DNA from: a virus
Length of the DNA: 64,000 bases
Virus record (IMG/VR): IMGVR_UViG_3300013115_000353
Coordinates: 21,456 to 85,455 of that record
Direction: 5' to 3' (one strand)
This document shows positions 13,916 through 24,209 of this stretch, piece by piece. Both the position numbers and the translations under genes were made by a program. Position 1 is the first letter of the stretch; every line of letters begins with the position of its first letter. The notes under the pieces are model-generated. The model was not told the origin of the DNA. It ran no database searches and saw only the letters and a list, made by a program, of their open reading frames with translations.

Positions 13916-14200
13916 TCATACCTTTCCTTTTAATACGCTCACATAGCCAATAGGCACCTTCACAATAACAGAGCGCCAGCCCATGTATTTACCACGAAGT
14001 TCCAGAATCGGATGCTCTACGTCCATGGTATCGGAAGGATCATTAACCTCTACATTTACTTCTAATATCTGTCCCCCATCATCCGATGTAAACCGCGCAT
14101 GATAAACGATTGTAGGGCACCTTTCGTTAACGAATCTTTCAATGGTTTTTAGCACATCTGATCGAGACTCTTTTTTTCCACCGAAATGTATATTAGCCAT
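13916..14200 (-). CDS. Hypothetical protein
   Basis: 94 aa ORF with AAGGGG RBS. Confidence 0.65.
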   Translation of the reverse strand: MANIHFGGKKESRSDVLKTIERFVNERCPTIVYHARFTSDDGGQILEVNVEVNDPSDTMDVEHPILELRGKYMGWRSVIVKVPIGYVSVLKGKV

Positions 14201-14230
14201 TTTAAATTATCCCCTTAATGTATTTCATTT

Positions 14231-14467
14231 TCAATCTCCATTACTTAGTATCTCAAACTCTTCGTTTTTGATGTTTATCAATGTCCATTTGTAATCGGTA
14301 CAATCATAGCAAAAAACAATCATAGAGACAGGATCATCGCCGGTGGCTATCTCCATAACGATTCCATGACGGTATATAGGATGAAACCCAACAAGTCCAT
14401 CTGGATATGCTGCATATGTCTCATACTCACTAACCCACCTTATTAAACACCCCGGCTTTATCTCCAT
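14231..14467 (-). CDS. Small KOW/SH3-like protein
   Basis: IKPGCLIRW...GIVME...FEILS. Confidence 0.6.
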   Translation of the reverse strand: MEIKPGCLIRWVSEYETYAAYPDGLVGFHPIYRHGIVMEIATGDDPVSMIVFCYDCTDYKWTLINIKNEEFEILSNGD

Positions 14468-14474
14468 ATACTAA

Positions 14475-14708
14475 TTATGAAGCAAGATGGTGTACTAACT
14501 CCTTGTAACCGCCAATAATTTCTTCTTTTTCATTTATTATTATAACAATGATTGGGTAAGTTGTCCAGTCAAATTTTTGTTTGATCATTTCGCGGTAATC
14601 TTTGGCGAAATCCATTTCAATAAAAACATACTCTTTGTCTCTTTCCATCAGATCGGCGCATGCCCGCAGACAATGAGGACAATCGCTAACGCCATAGATT
14701 AAAAACAT
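14475..14708 (-). CDS. Glutaredoxin-like protein
   Basis: CPHC active site, TTYP cis-Pro motif, IGGY. Confidence 0.85.
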   Translation of the reverse strand: MFLIYGVSDCPHCLRACADLMERDKEYVFIEMDFAKDYREMIKQKFDWTTYPIIVIIINEKEEIIGGYKELVHHLAS

Positions 14709-14711
14709 TCA

Positions 14712-14981
14712 TTATTCCTTGAGCTTCATTTTAAGAATCTTCGCTACGTGCGAGCCGCATCTATAGAACACGCGCACATCGCATGCTCCTTTAAAAGCAT
14801 TCCGCAACCCTGTTAAGGTGGCTCGATCTGTCTTGTTCACGAAAGGCGCAACCATAGTTACCTCGGCGGTGCCTTTATTTGCCAACTTCAGGGCATCACG
14901 ATGAACGGCTTTTAAAGAGGAATATACGCCATAAAATGTATCCTGTCTATCAAAAAGACAGTAAATATAGATTTTTGTCAT
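14712..14981 (-). CDS. Hypothetical protein
   Basis: 89 aa coupled ORF. Confidence 0.6.
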   Translation of the reverse strand: MTKIYIYCLFDRQDTFYGVYSSLKAVHRDALKLANKGTAEVTMVAPFVNKTDRATLTGLRNAFKGACDVRVFYRCGSHVAKILKMKLKE

Positions 14982-15250
14982 GAAATTGAAGGTATAGTGC
15001 CAAAAGTAGTGATCAGGGTGGCATTAAAAGTGGAGCGCAACATATCTAATTCTTGTTTATAAAGCACCATATTTTCTTCATCATCTAATGCCAATGCGCT
15101 AAGATAAAGTTGCTCTAACTTCTTCTGTTTTTCCATAATCTCTAATATGGCATAAGACAAGTACATATTAGAACCAAAGTCTGCGATTGACTCTCGATAG
15201 GTAGCGAAAGGACCAATCTCAAAAAACTTTTTAGACGATTTAAATATCAT
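14978..15250 (-). CDS. Hypothetical protein
   Basis: 90 aa; GAGGTG RBS. Confidence 0.6.
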   Translation of the reverse strand: MIFKSSKKFFEIGPFATYRESIADFGSNMYLSYAILEIMEKQKKLEQLYLSALALDDEENMVLYKQELDMLRSTFNATLITTFGTIPSIS

Positions 15251-15290
15251 TATTCACCTCTTTTAATTAAATAGAATACTTCTCAAGATA

Positions 15291-15527
15291 TTACCCCTTA
15301 CATCCCTTACAACGTGATATCACCTTGTCCTTCTGTTCTTGAACTGATAATTTAATCTTTTTAAAATTTTCAATTCGATCTTCCATGAGGCGGCCGCGGG
15401 CCAATGCCTTAATAAAACCCTCCTTCCGATTGAACGCTCCACACAATACGATCTGTTGAGAAGGTTGATGTAGTATATATTCACCGGGGTGTACCTTAAG
15501 TTCGTCGCTAATCTCTTGAAACTCCAT
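15291..15527 (-). CDS. Hypothetical protein
   Basis: 78 aa ending in a CKGC motif. Confidence 0.6.
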   Translation of the reverse strand: MEFQEISDELKVHPGEYILHQPSQQIVLCGAFNRKEGFIKALARGRLMEDRIENFKKIKLSVQEQKDKVISRCKGCKG

Positions 15528-16464
15528 TTAAGGACATCTCCTCATCTTCTGCTTTTTGTTTAATTTTGTTGATTTCGCCCAATGTTCCTTCGCGTCTTAA
15601 AATCTTAAACGCAACATTCTCAGGAGAATATTCACTGCGGGGGCTTTTCAGCCCCGCCATTCTCATTCTGCGAATTTTATCTTTTATACTGTTAATGCTC
15701 GAAATAACTTTTTTATAATCACCGTCCATCATATACCGTTTAATTAAATTCACACGAGTGATGATATTGTCGCTTTTACGTCGAGCAGTGGCAACATCCA
15801 CCTTCTCTTCATAGCGAACTGGCTCTGCGAGCCATCTATCTTCGGTAAGAGAATATACGCCTGATGAAAGATGAGTCTCATTAGCGTCCTCCACATAAAT
15901 TTCCACCTCATATCCATGGACTTTAATGTTGTGTAGATCATTCCATAATGCACGCTTCGCATCAAAAAATCCTTTAATTATATCGGTAGGAGATTTAAAG
16001 CGAGAAAAATCTACTACCAAATGGAGATCGATATCTGAGTAATTAGACCAATTATAGTTTGCCAGTGAGCCAGTTATTCTCACATCCTCTACGTCTACTT
16101 CCACATCCAGATTGTCAATAAAACTATCAGCTATATCTTTTAGTCGGCGCATGACAGCAGGATCGAGCTTTCCGTTAGGCCAAATAAGAGGCTCTAAGGT
16201 TTCTTTTATGTCGAAACTTTCGGCTTCTACTTCCTCTTCCAGCGCGCCGCCGGCTCCAGCCACGCCACCGCCACCTGGGGCGCTTGGCGGGGCACTTACT
16301 TTGTCAATATCACGTGGAAGTTTCTTTCGCTTCTTTTTAAACGGAGGTCCAGGATCCTGGGGCCCTTGTCCCAACAAATCATCCATATCGCTATTTAAAC
16401 TTTTAATACGTTTCCGAAAGTTCTCTGCTTCTCTCAATTTTAATACATATTCATTCCAACTCAT
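15508..16464 (-). CDS. Pol-beta superfamily nucleotidyltransferase
   Basis: TGSLANYNWSNYSDIDLHL (GS...DxD) and VEIYVED third carboxylate. Confidence 0.8.
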   Translation of the reverse strand: MSWNEYVLKLREAENFRKRIKSLNSDMDDLLGQGPQDPGPPFKKKRKKLPRDIDKVSAPPSAPGGGGVAGAGGALEEEVEAESFDIKETLEPLIWPNGKLDPAVMRRLKDIADSFIDNLDVEVDVEDVRITGSLANYNWSNYSDIDLHLVVDFSRFKSPTDIIKGFFDAKRALWNDLHNIKVHGYEVEIYVEDANETHLSSGVYSLTEDRWLAEPVRYEEKVDVATARRKSDNIITRVNLIKRYMMDGDYKKVISSINSIKDKIRRMRMAGLKSPRSEYSPENVAFKILRREGTLGEINKIKQKAEDEEMSLNGVSRD

Positions 16465-16475
16465 AATACATTCCT

Positions 16476-17567
16476 TTAGTATGAACCATTGTTTGTCCCA
16501 GCACCAATCACATCACAGGCAATACAGCTAAGTTGACGAGTGGTGTTCGATGTTCGCACCGTCCAGGTGTCCCCGTCCGTGCTTGTTTGAATCATGCCAC
16601 TCGACCCTACCGCCACAATAGTTGTATGATCTGTAGCCACCGCTCTAAGAGCTTTCGTATCATCATATGACGATGCTTCTGTCCAGTTGAGCCCATCAGG
16701 ACTGTGATGTATTTGTCCCGCTGTAGTCACTATTATAAATTTGTTCACAGTTCCTTTCATATACACTGCACCATATACAGTGCCGGCACCAGATATGTTT
16801 CCTTCTGTGTTGTTGTCCCAATCATCAGTGCTATAATAAACATTGGACAAAGATAAGCCTGCCAACCATTTGCTGCTTCCATCGTAACATATGGCATTAA
16901 CATCTCTGGTTCCTTCTAATGTTGTCTTATCCGTCCAACCTATCCCGTCATTAGTAGATACCCACATATGAGATTGATGTCCCAATGACCATATTTGTCC
17001 TGTTCCCTTGTAGCAGATGGCTGCGGCATTATCATTAACAGTGCTTCCGTGATCTACGGATGTCCAAGTAATCGCCCCATCAGTTGATCGCATAATCGTT
17101 CTATATGAATCGCCGTCGTGGATACGTTTACCAGTAGACATCCATACGTTATTGCCCCAAGCCACTCCGGGGCCTCCGTTGACGCCAATATAGTTTGTGC
17201 CAAAGTTTACTGTTGTCCAGTTTCCTGCTGTTGTTAAATCGGCAGATGCGCTAATATAATTGATTTCGGCAGCATTAGTAGCCGCAAACACCACCCATCT
17301 TTTTTCGCCTAACTCATCTTTTCCAATAGCGACACCTCTAAAAGTTTCAGTACCAATATCAACCAACTCTTCCCATCCGGCCGAAGCATTTGAAGTAGTT
17401 GTATGATAAAGCTTGCCTGAATCCGCTCCAACTATCCATCTTGTAGCTGTGGTGGTTCCGCTAGGTTTATCTACGCCTGCCACGTTAGATATATTGGCTG
17501 CAGCCACGCCGCTCACACTATCGATACTTGCGTTGGCAACACCCGATACTTTACTAATATCTGCCAT
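16476..17567 (-). CDS. Beta-propeller (Asp-box/BNR repeat) tail-fibre or receptor-binding-like protein
   Basis: Repeated S.DG..W motifs (STDGAITW, STNDGIGW, SPDGLNW, STDGDTW); N-terminal I..V.GV repeats. Confidence 0.7.
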   Translation of the reverse strand: MADISKVSGVANASIDSVSGVAAANISNVAGVDKPSGTTTATRWIVGADSGKLYHTTTSNASAGWEELVDIGTETFRGVAIGKDELGEKRWVVFAATNAAEINYISASADLTTAGNWTTVNFGTNYIGVNGGPGVAWGNNVWMSTGKRIHDGDSYRTIMRSTDGAITWTSVDHGSTVNDNAAAICYKGTGQIWSLGHQSHMWVSTNDGIGWTDKTTLEGTRDVNAICYDGSSKWLAGLSLSNVYYSTDDWDNNTEGNISGAGTVYGAVYMKGTVNKFIIVTTAGQIHHSPDGLNWTEASSYDDTKALRAVATDHTTIVAVGSSGMIQTSTDGDTWTVRTSNTTRQLSCIACDVIGAGTNNGSY

Positions 17568-18391
17568 TATGCGATTTCCACCCAGTTTCCGCTGGGGTTA
17601 AAATAAATTACGTTAGCTACGTCGGTAGCCCACCCGACAACACGCACTACGTCGCCTGTTCCGCTGGGGGCGGTAAAGTCTATATCACCCGCGTTCTCTG
17701 AAACATAACACGTGGCTCCTTTGACAAACGTGCCTTGGATGGTTGCCGCATCAAAAAACCCACGCAACAAAATTCCATCGCTAACGCTTGTTCCCAGAGC
17801 TATTCCTAACAAAACCGCTCCACTGGTGGCAACTGCATCGGCATCAGCATATTTCCAATCCCCTCCCGAATGTAGATACATCAATTTGCCAGCCGCCAAT
17901 GAGTCACTCCCATCTTCACCCCCAAATGTAACAACTTCTCCACCACCCGTATTGTCTGCCAATCCAGTTGGATCGTGATGAACATCGAATGCATTTTTTG
18001 GAGCGCTTGTTCCAACGCCTATTTCGCCAGTACCCAATATGATCATCCGGTCGTCGTCTACTGTAAAGAAACGTAGCTCGCTGGTGTTGGCAGGCTGCCA
18101 AACCCACGCAGAATCGCCGGTACCTCCTTTTACATTAAGAGCGCCATAATATCCTGGTGCGCCCTGAACCCTTAAAGTTGTATTTCCCGAACCAGAAACG
18201 TGCAGGTTCTGGGTGGGAACTAGTGTGCCAATCCCGACTTTTGTAGCTTCGGCATATAAAATTGCACTTCCGCTGGGACGCAGGGTAATAGTATCCATTC
18301 CAAAATCAATATAAGTTGCCGCACCAGAGCGATCATCTTCAAAGTATATATCGCCGCGACGAACAGAGCCGGTACTATATTTATAACTCAT
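17567..18391 (-). CDS. Tail-fibre-like virion protein
   Basis: KVGIGT.P...LHV and IGVGT.P repeats; C-terminal ADADA...LLGIA...VRVVG...IYFNP domain. Confidence 0.7.
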   Translation of the reverse strand: MSYKYSTGSVRRGDIYFEDDRSGAATYIDFGMDTITLRPSGSAILYAEATKVGIGTLVPTQNLHVSGSGNTTLRVQGAPGYYGALNVKGGTGDSAWVWQPANTSELRFFTVDDDRMIILGTGEIGVGTSAPKNAFDVHHDPTGLADNTGGGEVVTFGGEDGSDSLAAGKLMYLHSGGDWKYADADAVATSGAVLLGIALGTSVSDGILLRGFFDAATIQGTFVKGATCYVSENAGDIDFTAPSGTGDVVRVVGWATDVANVIYFNPSGNWVEIA

Positions 18392-18397
18392 TATATA

Positions 18398-18763
18398 TTA
18401 TCCCATATCCTCATAAATAGTTTGCTCGCCATCGTCCCAAGTAATAATTGTATTATTTTTAGGATGAGGCTTGATGTGAATGCTAATGAAATCATTAAAG
18501 CTGTTAAAAATGGCTAACGACCCCAACGGGGCAGGCGTTAGCCAGTGAATAACTGTGTGTCCTGTCGCAAACATACATCCTTCAATAACAACACCATCAC
18601 CTGATATTCCTGTTTCGTCATTTTGACGGCAGACGGTAAATGTTCGTACACCTTCGGGCGCTTTGTTGGATATCTTTTTAGGCTTTAAGTCCTCTGGCTC
18701 AGTAGCCATTGGCTCTGCTAAATGTATGGTATCATCCGAATCGGTTTTCACTACCATAATCAT
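18398..18763 (-). CDS. Hypothetical phage protein
   Basis: F...R..DETGISG.GVV.EG..F..G..V..W pattern. Confidence 0.7.
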   Translation of the reverse strand: MIMVVKTDSDDTIHLAEPMATEPEDLKPKKISNKAPEGVRTFTVCRQNDETGISGDGVVIEGCMFATGHTVIHWLTPAPLGSLAIFNSFNDFISIHIKPHPKNNTIITWDDGEQTIYEDMG

Positions 18764-19015
18764 TTATGCCTCGCCTTTAGAATCGATTTCCAACAAACTC
18801 TCTAAACAAATATCTCGTACTGCTTCCATAGCTGCCGCGTCTGCATCAAGCTCATCTTGGCATATTTCTAGTTCCTCTAATTTTTCTTCGCTACTTGTTT
18901 CTAGAAACGTCTTTTTCAAATCTGCCAGTGAGTTTCTTATTTCTCCAATTTTTGTTTCAATCATATCTATTTGTTCCGTTAAGTTATTATAACATCCTTT
19001 TTGTTTTATTCCCAT
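18764..19015 (-). CDS. Coiled-coil hypothetical protein
   Basis: 83 aa; AAGGAG RBS. Confidence 0.6.
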   Translation of the reverse strand: MGIKQKGCYNNLTEQIDMIETKIGEIRNSLADLKKTFLETSSEEKLEELEICQDELDADAAAMEAVRDICLESLLEIDSKGEA

Positions 19016-19027
19016 GAGATTTCTCCT

Positions 19028-19828
19028 TTAATCAATAACACCCAAATCAATCTGATAAGAAGGGGCGACTATCAATATATTTTCCTGTACATCTTCTCCA
19101 AACTCGCTGTTTCCTATATCCACTGCTAATACATAGCCAATGATTTTACCATCGGGGGTAAAAATAGCACTCCCAGAGGATCCAGCCCAAGCATAAGAAC
19201 GAATATAAATCAAACCATCCGGCGCATACCCAATTATTTCTCCACTTAGACTTAAAGGGCCCACGTTATTAGGGTATCCAGTAAAATAAACAGGACTAAG
19301 GATTGCCAAAGCGTCTTTCCATTCGCTCCCTGTGGGGATGGTTGTTAAAATATCTATTGCCTCTCTAGTGGGAATTTCATTTACTTCTATGATAGCATAA
19401 TCTGAAATATAATTCAACTCAATAAACTCCATACAACGAAAAAATTTCCCGTCTACATTAATTTTGGTGTATTGACACTCGCCCGTTACTCCATGATTAA
19501 CTGTCAAAACGAAATATCTCCCATTATAAGTAAAATAAGTACCCGTTGCCACAGAAAATAACTGTTGCTCGGGTGCAAGGGACACCACTTTAACGGTGCT
19601 GGCGCGTGATTTATGAACTGTATCTTGCGTTCCAAAAGATAAATAAGAAGAAACATTGTCCATTGCTTTAATTTCTGCGAGGCTAGGGATAGTAGTGAGC
19701 CATTCTATTTTTTTGAATGTCCAAATGCCGGCGGCGCCCCCAACAAGCATACAGAACACAACAAGCAGAAAACTTTTAAACAGTTGTTTTGTTCTGTTAC
19801 TCATCTTCAGCTTATCTCTTAGTGACAT
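19028..19828 (-). CDS. Trypsin-like serine protease with an N-terminal membrane anchor
   Basis: Catalytic triad motifs LTVNH, DYAII and AGSSGS; hydrophobic N-terminal helix. Confidence 0.8.
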   Translation of the reverse strand: MSLRDKLKMSNRTKQLFKSFLLVVFCMLVGGAAGIWTFKKIEWLTTIPSLAEIKAMDNVSSYLSFGTQDTVHKSRASTVKVVSLAPEQQLFSVATGTYFTYNGRYFVLTVNHGVTGECQYTKINVDGKFFRCMEFIELNYISDYAIIEVNEIPTREAIDILTTIPTGSEWKDALAILSPVYFTGYPNNVGPLSLSGEIIGYAPDGLIYIRSYAWAGSSGSAIFTPDGKIIGYVLAVDIGNSEFGEDVQENILIVAPSYQIDLGVID

Positions 19829-19839
19829 CTTTTAATTCC

Positions 19840-22800
19840 TTAAACTTGTTTTTGATAACTTATAAACACAGGCAGTTGCTCCAAACCGGCTTTTTTGGCA
19901 AACCACACCAAGTCCTCGTTGCCGGTAATCTTAATTCTTCCATTCATTCCAAGTGCAATGTATACAGGCTGTAATGCTCCATCTCGGATAAATTCTTGAT
20001 AGGCGTTCATTTTATCATCAAAAACATCCTTGGGCGCCCTAAATTCGCGCGAAGCATAGCGCCATAATTCTTTAACCGACATCATGACATGATACCGCAT
20101 ATCGTTTGTGTTCATGGGCATATCATATACCTGCACCCCTCCGTCCATCCAGTCTTGAGCCACACTTTGTAAGCTCACTTCGGGGGTAACCATGGGACGC
20201 GTCTGAGGAGGAGCAGGCATCGCTTCTTTCAGGGTGCGCTCTACGGGTTCGGGGCGGCTCCAATCTTCTATTTCAATTCCCGGCATTCGTTTGATGGCAG
20301 GCAATAACTCAAATCTAATAAAGTCTTCTCGTGGAATAATGCCTTTCTGTTCGTACTTTAGCTCAAACACAATTCTCTGTGCATCCCCGATGCTGCGCTT
20401 CGTTAGCGTTCTCACTGTTGTGCAATGCTCAATACCTCGGATCCTGTTTTTAAGATCATCAGTTTCACGCCCTTCTATATCACGAACAACTAACTGAATC
20501 TGCATTTTATATAATCTTAGATCAAATATCTCATTAAGCATATTATCGACTTTTAAAATCTGTTCTTCCATCGGGCGGTCACCGCCTCTCGCTGCCTTAC
20601 GTGCTTTCGCAGCTTCTTTTGCGCGTTTATAAGCATCACCAGGCTTGTCTTCCTCCTCCGATGCTTGAACAATGCGTGTAAACTCTTCTCTGTCGCCAGC
20701 AACCAAAGCATCCATCGCAGCAGAACGTTCCGGTTCGCTTAGTCCTGCTAATGCATCTGCCCTATTTCTTGGTCTTTGTTGCGCGGGTTCTTCTGATTCT
20801 GCATCGGGGCCCCAAATCTCGCTTGCAGTCTCTATTGTTCCGCGTGCCTGTTCTATCTCGCGTGCTCTGCGACCTCTATCATAATATCCTACACCCTCGC
20901 CGGGTTGCCCCTCATGTCCCGGCTCATCAGCGAACCGCTCTAGATCAGGGATCTCAGTTATAACCAACTTCCAATCCGCATCAGACCATCCGGCTGGACG
21001 GATAGGTCCGCCGTGGTCTGGTCCGTGCTCGTTGCGATACAACCAAGCCAAGACTTTAGCGCGTTCTTTTTGTACATCACTTAGCCCAGCTTGATCAGAA
21101 TCAGGATGGTGTGTTGCCCACGAATAACCTCTCCAAACGCTTGGAGGGGCGCCGAACTCTGAGCCGCGCATCTTTGACTGTACAAGGCTGTTCCAGTTAA
21201 GAGGAAGATCCGACATAGCACTCCACGAGTTTCGTGGATGCAGACTGCCATTTATTAGTGGGCGCAGATAGCTATCAACTAAAGTATACTTCTCTACTTT
21301 ACTCATCTCCTCCCAGTTATCGCGTCCCCACATTGCGACTAGTATTGCTTGTTCTGCGTCAGTGTTTCCCAGATCGGATTGAGCCTCAAACTTACTTCGG
21401 ATCCGCTCATACATCCTCCAGAACGTAGTGCCATCTTCCATCTTTACGTTTCGTGCTTCTACGTATTCTGCATACTCGCTCATAAATACTTTAAAGTTGT
21501 CTCGGATACCTTTAATAATCTCATCAGGAAACTGATCAATGTATTTCATAAAAGTTAGAGCACCTTCGATCTCTTCTTTAGACTCTGTAGATTTAATATC
21601 AAGTTTTAAATACATCTCAACAGGCCTAGGTTTGCCCTCTTCTGCTGCTTGTGCCAATCTAAACCTTAACTGAGCGTTTTCCGCAAACTTAATACCCTCA
21701 AATGTAGGGCGAGAATATTTATCACCAAAGTTAAAATCCAATTGACTCTTGGCATATCCATTGGCTTGTTCTACTAAATCTGATAAAACAATATCTAGGC
21801 GCTGCATAAATGCTTCTCCTGGCCATACTTGCCCAGGTCCACTAAAGCCGGCGCCTCCACCTACACGCCCTTCATCTTTAAAAATCTTCTCCAACGCATA
21901 AGGAGTGTTTCCAAGTTCTGGGGGGAAGGAAACGCCCATTGGAATAACGCCGCTTTGTCTTCCCCCATCACCAACCGGCTCGAAGTAAAAAGTAACCTCG
22001 CCTTCGTATTCGTCTTCATCGAGTCCATATCCGCGCCAGTTTTCTAACTCTTCGTTGGATTCTTTGATGTCGTCAAACAGTGCGTCCCAATCGTTAGGGG
22101 GCAAGTATCCTTCATCCACTAACTCTCGACGGGTTTTTTCATATATCTCGTCATACTTATCATCGATTTCGTTCACAAGCTCATTAGCAAAGCTATCGAA
22201 ATAGTCTACATCATAGCCGCAGTCATCGCAATTAAACTGCATATGCACGCGCAACTCAAACCCTGAGCCAAGCGCAGGCTCAACGTTCCAATCGGTATCC
22301 TGGGAATAAAAATTGATATGCCTTTCAAGGATTGAGGAAAATGCTCTTCTAGATTGGTAGTCTGAGCCGCCATATACTTTGGGTATTGTTTTAACATCGC
22401 GCTCTTCATCAGGAAAATAATATCCCGTCTCCCTAGGTATCACATTTCCTTCCCATCCGACAGGGAAAGTAAAGGTAACCTCCCCAGAACCGTTAATATA
22501 AATATTTTCACCATAGTCATCTATTTCTGCTTCGCCATAAATCAATACGTGTTCGGCGCGATTACTAGTTGCCTGCACTATCTCTTCTACTACGTCTTGC
22601 ATCTCCTCAAGCTGTGCTTCCAGAGCGGCCATGCCGCCTTCCTCTTCTGTTCCCGTATTTTGGCGCATATTGGTGGCACTGTACTCTCTAAATTTGTCAT
22701 GGGTTTCATCTGGGCGCGCCTCATCAAAGAAATAGTTTAATATTGTTCCATCTTTCGTATCTTCGTATGAGCCGCCAAAGCGTGTTAAGTCTTGTGGGCG

Positions 22801-24165
22801 CGGCGGACTCAGTTCGCCATCGTCGTCTACAAATAAATCTTTTTGATTGTCCCAAGCCCAACTTGTTACCACATTAACAAACCCTGGCTGCTTAGCACCA
22901 TATGGAACACGCTCAGGTACCACAAAGTATTGATGGTTTGCTGCATCATAAAACTTTCTCATGCGCACACGCTCGTTAGCAATGATACCGGTAACATCCC
23001 GATCTGTGTCATGGAATATTTCTTGATCATCAAAGTCGGATAGAGGCTTTAACTCTGCATCGGGGTTTATGTCTGGTGCTGGCCATGGCTCGTCATCAAG
23101 TTTGGCGCGGATAGCCTCACGCACCATATCATAAGTTATAGCTGCTTTTACGTCTTTGTTTACACTGTACCACTGTCGCTTATTGGCATCCACCCCAAAC
23201 TCGAAAGCATCAGCATCATTGAGATGCTTGTGTAAAACATCAAAAACGTTTTTATTTCCCAATATATGCTTACGAACAATGGTTTGTGCTCTTTCTTTGA
23301 CTGGACCCTTGTCGCCTAAAAGCTTGTTCAACTCATCAGTATACAAACGATAAGCAACAATACCGTGCCCTCTGGCTTCTTCTCGGGCGCATTGAAAATA
23401 TTCCCCACCCTCTCTGTGGCAAGAAGTAATACTTCCAATGTCGCTCATTCGTAGGATATCTATAGGCGCACGGGAAACAATAATGGAGTATTTGTGTTCC
23501 GTGGAAGTCATATCAAACAACTCTTGAACGTCTTCCCATTTATTATCGTTAGTGTAATAGATCTGCTTCTGATTCCACCACTCTAAGAGTTCGTCATCTA
23601 TCTTGCCTTGTTTCGCGAGCTTGCCGATGGCGCGGGACATTGTGGTTTTATCCGTCTTTTTAATTTTTTCGCCTTTTCGCGGGCCAGCAGGTATAGTGAA
23701 GTCATAAGTCTTTTCTAGGTTCAACTCTGCTATCCATTTGTCCTCATAGTATTCCTCAACAGGACGCGGATCGGGGTTGGTTTGAGGATGTGGCATGCCA
23801 AAGTCGGGAGGTAACTCCCCAACACGGCGCTTGCCTTTTTGTTTGACTTCTTTTGTTTTAAATTTCTTGACGCCAGCGTTGTTTATGCGTGGAGGGTGCC
23901 AACTCTCACTCATCAGAGCACTAACAATCTGTGCTAGGTTGCGGCCGTCTTGTCCAGCCATAGGAAACGCAACGCGCATCTTGCCGCGTCCACCAAAGAG
24001 ATCATCCAACTCGGGATTGATATCTCCCTGGTTCATTATCCAGGTTGTTAGACTTTCGTGTTCCTCTCGGGAAATCTCGGTGAAAAGTGTCTTACATTTC
24101 GGCTTTTTCGGCTTTTCTTTACTCTCTCTAAGGTATTTAAACCACGTTCCAGTAGCAATGTCCAT
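19840..24165 (-). CDS. Large (1441 aa) acidic hypothetical protein, probably virion-associated
   Basis: Long uninterrupted ORF with GGAG RBS; C-terminus loosely ParB/Srx-like (PVYIALG...ITGNE...AKKAG...LPV). Confidence 0.75.
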   Translation of the reverse strand: MDIATGTWFKYLRESKEKPKKPKCKTLFTEISREEHESLTTWIMNQGDINPELDDLFGGRGKMRVAFPMAGQDGRNLAQIVSALMSESWHPPRINNAGVKKFKTKEVKQKGKRRVGELPPDFGMPHPQTNPDPRPVEEYYEDKWIAELNLEKTYDFTIPAGPRKGEKIKKTDKTTMSRAIGKLAKQGKIDDELLEWWNQKQIYYTNDNKWEDVQELFDMTSTEHKYSIIVSRAPIDILRMSDIGSITSCHREGGEYFQCAREEARGHGIVAYRLYTDELNKLLGDKGPVKERAQTIVRKHILGNKNVFDVLHKHLNDADAFEFGVDANKRQWYSVNKDVKAAITYDMVREAIRAKLDDEPWPAPDINPDAELKPLSDFDDQEIFHDTDRDVTGIIANERVRMRKFYDAANHQYFVVPERVPYGAKQPGFVNVVTSWAWDNQKDLFVDDDGELSPPRPQDLTRFGGSYEDTKDGTILNYFFDEARPDETHDKFREYSATNMRQNTGTEEEGGMAALEAQLEEMQDVVEEIVQATSNRAEHVLIYGEAEIDDYGENIYINGSGEVTFTFPVGWEGNVIPRETGYYFPDEERDVKTIPKVYGGSDYQSRRAFSSILERHINFYSQDTDWNVEPALGSGFELRVHMQFNCDDCGYDVDYFDSFANELVNEIDDKYDEIYEKTRRELVDEGYLPPNDWDALFDDIKESNEELENWRGYGLDEDEYEGEVTFYFEPVGDGGRQSGVIPMGVSFPPELGNTPYALEKIFKDEGRVGGGAGFSGPGQVWPGEAFMQRLDIVLSDLVEQANGYAKSQLDFNFGDKYSRPTFEGIKFAENAQLRFRLAQAAEEGKPRPVEMYLKLDIKSTESKEEIEGALTFMKYIDQFPDEIIKGIRDNFKVFMSEYAEYVEARNVKMEDGTTFWRMYERIRSKFEAQSDLGNTDAEQAILVAMWGRDNWEEMSKVEKYTLVDSYLRPLINGSLHPRNSWSAMSDLPLNWNSLVQSKMRGSEFGAPPSVWRGYSWATHHPDSDQAGLSDVQKERAKVLAWLYRNEHGPDHGGPIRPAGWSDADWKLVITEIPDLERFADEPGHEGQPGEGVGYYDRGRRAREIEQARGTIETASEIWGPDAESEEPAQQRPRNRADALAGLSEPERSAAMDALVAGDREEFTRIVQASEEEDKPGDAYKRAKEAAKARKAARGGDRPMEEQILKVDNMLNEIFDLRLYKMQIQLVVRDIEGRETDDLKNRIRGIEHCTTVRTLTKRSIGDAQRIVFELKYEQKGIIPREDFIRFELLPAIKRMPGIEIEDWSRPEPVERTLKEAMPAPPQTRPMVTPEVSLQSVAQDWMDGGVQVYDMPMNTNDMRYHVMMSVKELWRYASREFRAPKDVFDDKMNAYQEFIRDGALQPVYIALGMNGRIKITGNEDLVWFAKKAGLEQLPVFISYQKQV

Positions 24166-24209
24166 TTAAATTATACTCCAACACTATAAATAGTTAGTTA
24201 TTTCCTATT

